Of a DNA stretch of 64,000 bases, positions 57,046-64,000 are shown piece by piece. A program made the position numbers and the translations under genes. The notes beneath the pieces were generated by a model, which did not search any database, was not told the origin of the DNA, and saw nothing but the letters and a program-made list of their open reading frames with translations. Each line of letters begins with the position of its first letter. Position 1 is the first letter of the stretch. Source of the DNA: Macrostomum lignano (lineage: Eukaryota); assembly GCA_002269645.1 (NCBI GenBank), contig NIVC01002240.1:78039-142038 (forward strand). The letters are read 5' to 3'.

Positions 57046-57270
57046 GGGGAATTCCGATTTTGGTGATGGGAAATTCCGATCTTGGTGATGGGGAATTCCG
57101 ATTTTGGTGATGGGGAATTCCGATCTTGGTGATGGGGAATTCCGATTTTGGTGATGGGGAATTCCGATTTTGGTGATTTGAATTCCGATTTTGGCGATGG
57201 GGAATTCCGATCTTGGTGATGGGGAATTCCGATTTTGGTGATGGGGAATTCCGATTTTGGCGATTGGGAA
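57046..57270. repeat. 22-bp minisatellite (ggggaattccgattttggtgat), start of nAChR intron 5
   Basis: About 10 copies starting ~12 nt after the donor. Confidence 0.93.
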
Positions 57271-57739
57271 TTCTGATTTTGTAGATAGGGAATCCCAATT
57301 CTATGTGATGCTTTAATACTTAAGAGGCTTTGAATAGGGCACCGAATCGGCCACATTTCCCAGAGGAACTCGCGGAGACTGAAAGCCAAAAACCCAAGTG
57401 CTCGATTTTATCCACTGAGATCAGCGCGCATCATTTCGGGGCTGATAGGGGAAAATTTCCCAGCTCTCAAATCCCCAGTGCTCAGTCTTTTTGATTAAGC
57501 TTTCTGATACTCAAATTTGAGCCCCTTAGTGCGGGCATTTTTTCAGAATGCATTGGAAATTAATTTTCATCAGTTTGCGTCTGATTGACTTGCTGCCTCT
57601 GAAATCCCGTGACCGCATTTTCATATTCAGATTTCATGATTTCATGACATGATTTCATTTCATGTCAAGTGGAGCTCCTTGTTCTGCTGAAAGTCTGGGG
57701 AAAAAGCAGAAAAATTCAAAAAACGGAATAAAAGCAAAA

Positions 57740-59020
57740 CAGCAACAGCAACACAACAGCATCACAACAGCATCACAACAGCATCACAATAGCATCACAA
57801 CAGCAACACAACAGCATCACAACAGCATCACAACAGCAACACAACAGCATCACAATAGCATCACAACAGCAACACAACAGCATCACAATAGCATCACAAC
57901 AGCATCACAACAGCAACACAACAGCATCACAATAGCATCACAACAGCAACACAACAGCATCACAATAGCATCACAACAGCAACACAACAGCATCACAACA
58001 GCATCACAACAGCAACACAACAGCATCACAACAGCAACACAACAGCATCACAACAGCATCACAACAGCAACACAACAGCATCACGACAACAGCATCACAA
58101 CAGCAACACAACAGCATCACAACAGCATCACAACAGCATCACAACAGCATCACAACAGCATCACAACAGTATCACAACAGCATCACAACAGCATCACAAC
58201 AACATCACAACAGCATCACAACAGCATCACAACAGCATCACAACAGCATCACAACAGCATCACAACAGCATCACAACAGTATCACGACAGCATCACAACA
58301 ACATCACAACAGCATCACAACAGCATCACAACAGCATCACAACAGCAACACAACAGCAACACAACAGCATCACAACAGCATCACAACAGCAACACAACAG
58401 CATCACAACAGCATCACAACAGCATCACAACAGCAACACACAACAACATCACAACAGCATCACAACGGCATCACAACAGCATCACAACAGCATCACAACA
58501 GCATCACAACAGCAACACAACAGCAACACAACAGCATCACAACAACATCACAACAGCAACACAACAGCAACACAACAGCATCACAACAACATCACAACAA
58601 CATCACAACAACATCACAACAACAACACAACAGCATCACAACAACATCACAACAACATCACAACAACAACACAACAGCAACACAACAGCATCACAACAGC
58701 AACACAACAGCATCACAACAACATCACAACAACATCACAACAACATCACAACAACAACACAACAGCATCACAACAACATCACAACAACATCACAACAACA
58801 ACACAACAGCAACACAACAGCATCACAACAGCAACACAACAGCAACACAACAGCATCACAACAGCATCACAACAACACAACATCACAACAACAACACAAC
58901 AGCATCACAACAACATCACAACAACATCACAACAACAACACAACAGCAACACAACAGCAACACGACAGCAACACAACAGCATCACAACAGCATCACAACA
59001 ACAACACAACAACAACACAA
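57740..59020. repeat. CAA-rich 11-bp repeat (acaacagcatc / acaacagcaac)
   Basis: Direct inspection; G/T-poor strand. Confidence 0.95.
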
Positions 59021-59029
59021 CAAGGAAGA

Positions 59030-62000
59030 CGCAGAATCGGTTGAAATCAAATGGTGTGGAAGCAAAAAACTTCCAATATTGAATTAAATAAGTTAGTTGA
59101 CTTTACTGAAGGGATGAGCAAGTTCGCACCCAGTGGTAGCAAACCCAAGAAGAACCAGCAACTCAGCGCTGCCATCAATGTAGCCATGAATCATATCAGC
59201 TGCAAGACCATCCCTTCTTGCAGCAAGCATGAAGTCAAAAAAGCACTGGACGAAATAGACGGAAAGCGCGCAGCGGGAAGAGACCTGCTCAAGAAGGGAC
59301 ACGCAAGCAGCCAAATGTGGTTGGCTAGCACAAAACCTGCACAATCATCTCCCGATGGAGAATGAGCAAGATTGACCTCTGGATATGCGAAGGCCTGCAG
59401 TTAAAGAAACCACAAAATCAGAAGGGTGGAGGCGGCCAACACTCCTGCCTCTCCAGGCAGCATCCCGCCCACCCCGCAGCACACGCCAAGGAAGGCGCTT
59501 CTAGAGCACAAAGGTCGCTGCGCAAATTGTAATAGATACCGGAAAAGAGGCCAGGGCGCCTGCTGCAGCACATTCAACAAACTAGTCCACTGGACTTGCG
59601 CCGGAGCTGCCAGTCAACAACAAGAAAGACGCTGGAAGTCCTTAGGAAATCCGAAATTCCAATAATGCAGCAAAGAACCTAAGTCACCCCAACCCCCCAA
59701 GATCGTCCAGAGCAGCGTGCAGCGACAATCTAAGCAACACAGCAAAACAAACATTTTGGTCTGGAACTGCGGCAACCTCAAGGCCAAGATCCCGGAGCTC
59801 TGCCTGTTCCTGCAAGAGCGCGACATTGACGTTGCACTGCTGCAGGAGAGGAAGCTCAGGAGCGAGGACGGCCCAATCTACATCCCAGGTTATGAAATCG
59901 CTAGAAGAGACAGACCCAGACTATAATGACGTCCAAGATGGCTAGAGGTGGCGGTGTCGTCACCCTCATCAAGAAAGGAATAAAATACAGCGAACTCAGC
60001 AAAAACTATCAAGCTATCGAGGAAACTGGAGCGCAGATGATATGTGTGGAACTCCTCGAAGCAAAACGCTGGAAGATCGCCAATATCTACATCCCACCAG
60101 AAAACACGGCAAGATTCGGAAGCACCGACTTGCTGAAGATACCATCGGGGTAGAATGGCTGCTGGCAGGAGACTGGAACGCACACCGCGAAGCCTGGGAC
60201 AACAATATGCCCGCTGACAAACGCGGTGAAGACCTCAATCGTGGAGTGGTGCGACGACAACAACATGATGCCGCTCAGACCCACGAGACAGGGGCTGCGA
60301 GGTCAAACAGACTCCACCCCGGATGTCGCCATCTGCCACACCTCGACAGAACAGATCTGGAGCTGGACGGTCAGAAAACAGCTTAGCTCCGACCACTTCC
60401 CAACAAACAGGAGAAACCGAAAGACCAAAGAACTGCAAGACAAGGAAAATCATCGGCTGGAGCACTAGGAAAGCAGACTGGACTAAATTCCGCGATAAGC
60501 TCTCACTGACGCAGACGGAGGAAAAATTTGGAAGCATAGTGATAGGAGCTGCTGCGAGAGAGGCTGTGGGATTGAAATGCAGGCACACTCGCAATGAGTT
60601 CATTATCAGCGAGGAGATCAAGGAAGAGATGGAAGCTAGAGGCCAACTCAGAGTAGCCGACTTTGAGGCTTGGAATAAATGTGGAAATATGTGGAAAACT
60701 ACCCTTGAGGACAATGCTACATCGGGAAGGACGTGGCAACTTATCAAAAAAATCAAAGGGAGCAAAGAAACAGATCAAGGAGGGAGAGCGCTCACTCACG
60801 ATGGCCAGCTACACACCACAGATAGAGCCAAGGCCAGCGCCTTCATCAGAGAATACTCCAGAGTCAGCTCCATGGATCTCATCAAGGATAAGGCGGCTGA
60901 CAAGACAGAAAGGAAACTTGCCAGGATTGACCTCAAGGAAGAAAAGGACACCCTCAATAAAAAACTGAGGGTTATCAGCTGCCATCGAGACCATGGACAG
61001 GATATCACCCTGCATGAAGTCAAAAAAGCACTGGACGAAATAGACGGAAAGCGCGCAGCGGGAAGAGACCTGCTCAACCCGAGCCTGCTAAAGAACCTCC
61101 CGGAATAAGCCCTGGATATTCTGCTGCAACATGTTTAACAAATCCTTAGAGACAGCACATCTCCCGAAAAACTGGAGAACTGCTCGATCATTTCAGTGCT
61201 AAAGAACGGCAAACTGGCGACACGGTGGGATCATACCGGCCAATCAGCCTTCTATCGTGCCTTGGTAAATGGCTGGAAAAGATCGTAGTGAAAAGACTGA
61301 GACACTACCTGGAAAAGATCGGTGGCCTGAGTGACAGCCAAGTGGGCTCCAGGCCTGGACGATCTACTGAAGACCAGCTTCTCAGACTATCACAGGGAAT
61401 AGACGACAACATGCAACGCAAACTTGTCACTCTTCTTCTCTTGATAGACTTCGAGATAGCTTTTGACAAAGTGTGGCTCGACGCGCTCCTGAATAAGATG
61501 TGCGAAATTGGGATCTGCCACCGAATCGTTCGCCGGTACAAGGCTGGCTAGCCTGCTCCCGCGTGGGGGACGCTGACAGCAAAATGAAACTGTTCACCCG
61601 GGGGCTGCCGCAAGGATCGGCCCTCTCCCCCATCTTGTTCGTCTTATTCATTGACGACCTGCTCCGCGGAATCGAAAAACATGCGCAGGTCAACGGCTTC
61701 GCCGACGACCTCGCGACCTGGACCGGAGCAATGGACCTTGCGGAAGCGACCAAAAAGATCCAACCCATCGCCACGACATTGAAGAATGGAGCCGGAGATG
61801 GAAAATGTCAATAGCGACAGAGAAGTGCACTATCTCGCTCTTCACATCCAATCCGAAGATCAAACTAGACCAAACAACTGGAGTGCAACTCAATGGCAGA
61901 CGCTGAAATGGGAGGATAACCCCAAATTCCTCGCATCACTTACCATCGAGCCTCAATTTCTCGGGAACACACCAGCAACCTCATTACAGAATGCAGAAAA

Positions 62001-62945
62001 GACCCAATTTCCTGCGCAAGCTCGCTGGAACAGACTGGGGATGGCACTCCGACCTGCTATGGCACTCCTATGGTGCACCAGCTTGGACTCCCTGGATCAG
62101 CAAGGAGCATTGGAGACGCCTGGAAGTAGGACAAAGGGCAGCCGGACCATCATCGCGGGCTTAATGGCCGCGACTCCGTGGAGGCTGTCAGGTTGGAATC
62201 CAAGCTCCCGGACCTGGAACCCTACTGTCGGATGCTCTGGGCGGCCAAGTGGGACGCATGAGCCGCACTGAGCCCGCACACTGCGCAGAGAGCTTGCAAC
62301 CATGGACATCCCACAAAGACTGAAGAAATTTGGCTGGAGAAGAAAGGCCATGGAGGAACTTAAGAATGCAGATATGCTGGATATCCCAGAATCAAAGAGA
62401 CTCAACAGGAACCATCATGGAGCAGTTGAGAGAGGTGCACTGCAGCATCGAAGAAACACGCCTCGAAACTGTTGAAGACAACAAAGCCAAGGGAGTCCAC
62501 ATTTGACATTGTCGGCATTGAGAGTCATAGAAGGTACCGATCTCACCATTTTCACCGACGGCTCGGTAAGCAATGAAGGCCAAGGAGGCAGCGCTGCTAT
62601 TGTGCTGCGCAGCGCCGACGCCTGCTGCAAAGCGACCATCCGTGCCTAAATGGGCTAAATAGAGGTAACGAGGCCACGTTCAAATCTAGGGCCGAGGCGG
62701 TCAGTTTTAGGCGTTTCAGAATGGCCGCCTCGCGCCCCATTAGGGAAATCAGGCAGGAAGCTGGTCGCTGCAGACAGTGCGACACCGAAGCGGAGGCGAC
62801 CAAACATGTCTGCGACTGCCCGGCCACCTACTGGACCAAACAAAAGTACGCCATCTCCTGTCTCTCGGACCTGTGGAACAACGAAGCAGGGGCTCTGGCG
62901 TACTGTAGGCTAAGCCACCGCCCCGAACCGATGACTCCTCTGGCT
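59030..62945 (+). mobile_element. Decayed I-group (Ingi-like) LINE: PHD-like finger, APE, RT, RNase H, CCHC knuckle, (AAC)n tail
   Basis: CANCNRY..CCST..VHWTCAG; ILVWNCGNL..VALLQE, GGGV, LAGDWNAH, SSDHFP; YRPISLLSCLGK, LIDFEIAFDKVW, GLPQGSALSPILF, FADDL; IFTDGS (RNase H); CRQCDTEAEATKHVCDC. Many frameshifts. Confidence 0.92.
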
Positions 62946-63535
62946 AACAACAACAACCAACAGCAACAAAACAGCAACACAACAGCAGCAACAACAACAA
63001 CACAACAGCAACACAACAACAACACAACAGCAGCAACAACAACAGAAGCAACACAACAGCAACACAAAGCAACAACAACAACAGAAGCAACACAACAGCA
63101 ACACAGAAGCAATACAACAACAGCAACACAACAACAACACAACAGCAACACAACAACAACACAACAGCAACACAACAACAACACAACAGCAGCAACAACA
63201 ACAGAAGCAACACAACAGCAACACAAAAGCAACAACAACAACAGAAGCAACACAACAGCAACACAGAAGCAATACAACAACAGCAACACAACAACAACAC
63301 AACAGCAACACAACAACAACACAACAACAACACAACAGCAACACAACAACAACACAACAACAATACAACTGCAACACAACAACAACACAACAGCAACAAC
63401 AGCAACAACAACAACAACAACAAACAAAATAATAACAACAACAACACAACAACAGCACAACAAACACAACAACAATAACAACAACAATAACAACAAAACA
63501 ACAACACAACAACAACAACAACAACAGCGGAAAAG
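62945..63535. repeat. CAA-rich repeat continuous with the LINE 3' tail
   Basis: (AAC)n grading into acaacagcaac/acagaagcaac units. Confidence 0.95.
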
Positions 63536-64000
63536 CAACAGAAACAGGAGCAAGAGGCAGTAGTGAGCCCTTCATCAGCTCGCATCCTGGCGTCCCCACC
63601 TCCCCATTCCTCCACGAGTCTGCCACCCTATCCGTTTGAAATTACACCCGGGTGCAAGCCGGGGAAAAAGAATCTATTTACTATTTTCCGAGCAACTCTC
63701 CCACCCAAATCCCATCGGATCTCACCCCGCCAGTCTCTCGGCCGGCTGGCAGGCAGGAGCTGTTGGGAATTTATTATCGACTGAACCAATTTCAATTTTT
63801 CATTCAGCTTGGAGACGGAGAACCCCCAGTAATTATTCATTGCGGCGGCCGGCTGATGGCTGGAGCCAATCAATCAGAGAGCGCCCCGGGGGTCTGCCGC
63901 TCTCTGTTAGCCTTTTCAATTGAGATAACATATGGCAAATGAAAATATCCAGCCCGCTGAAACTGGGGCGCACCGATGGACCTGAGGAGGCTAACAATCC

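Noticed and set aside
57662-63626. Poly-Q/T/H (460 aa) and poly-C/V/L ORFs
   Set aside because: Translations of the CAA-rich repeat on each strand.
63560-64000. Remaining nAChR exons (loop/TM4)
   Set aside because: No TM4-like hydrophobic segment and no phase-compatible exon chain found.

Overview
Repeat-rich animal (invertebrate) genomic DNA: GC-rich exons separated by AT-rich or minisatellite-filled introns. The architecture suggests the flatworm Macrostomum, but that is inference. Genes: (i) two minus-strand CUB-domain exons (5771-5952, 7052-7245) of a gene whose other exons were not found; (ii) a three-exon plus-strand gene of unknown function with a LamG/pentraxin-like C-terminus (7323-10211); (iii) a single-exon class A peptide-type GPCR (minus, 17166-18152); (iv) a complete 10-exon Brahma/SMARCA2/4 SWI/SNF ATPase (33786-50580, about 1694 aa) with an unusual acidic repeat tail; (v) the first five coding exons of a nicotinic acetylcholine receptor alpha subunit (52559-57033), possibly with a small antisense gene in intron 1. 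Mobile DNA: two decayed APE-RT LINEs, an internally deleted mariner, a decayed piggyBac, a 3.7-kb MULE-type element (214-bp TIRs, 9-bp TSD), a hAT-type MITE inserted in a SINE, four copies of a tRNA/CORE-type SINE and a long-TIR foldback element. About 20 unrelated minisatellite arrays (11-55-bp units) are present, most filling one intron almost from splice site to splice site. Nearly all long ORFs in the supplied track are artefacts of these arrays. Coordinates, alignments and counts were made by eye; repeat boundaries are approximate.
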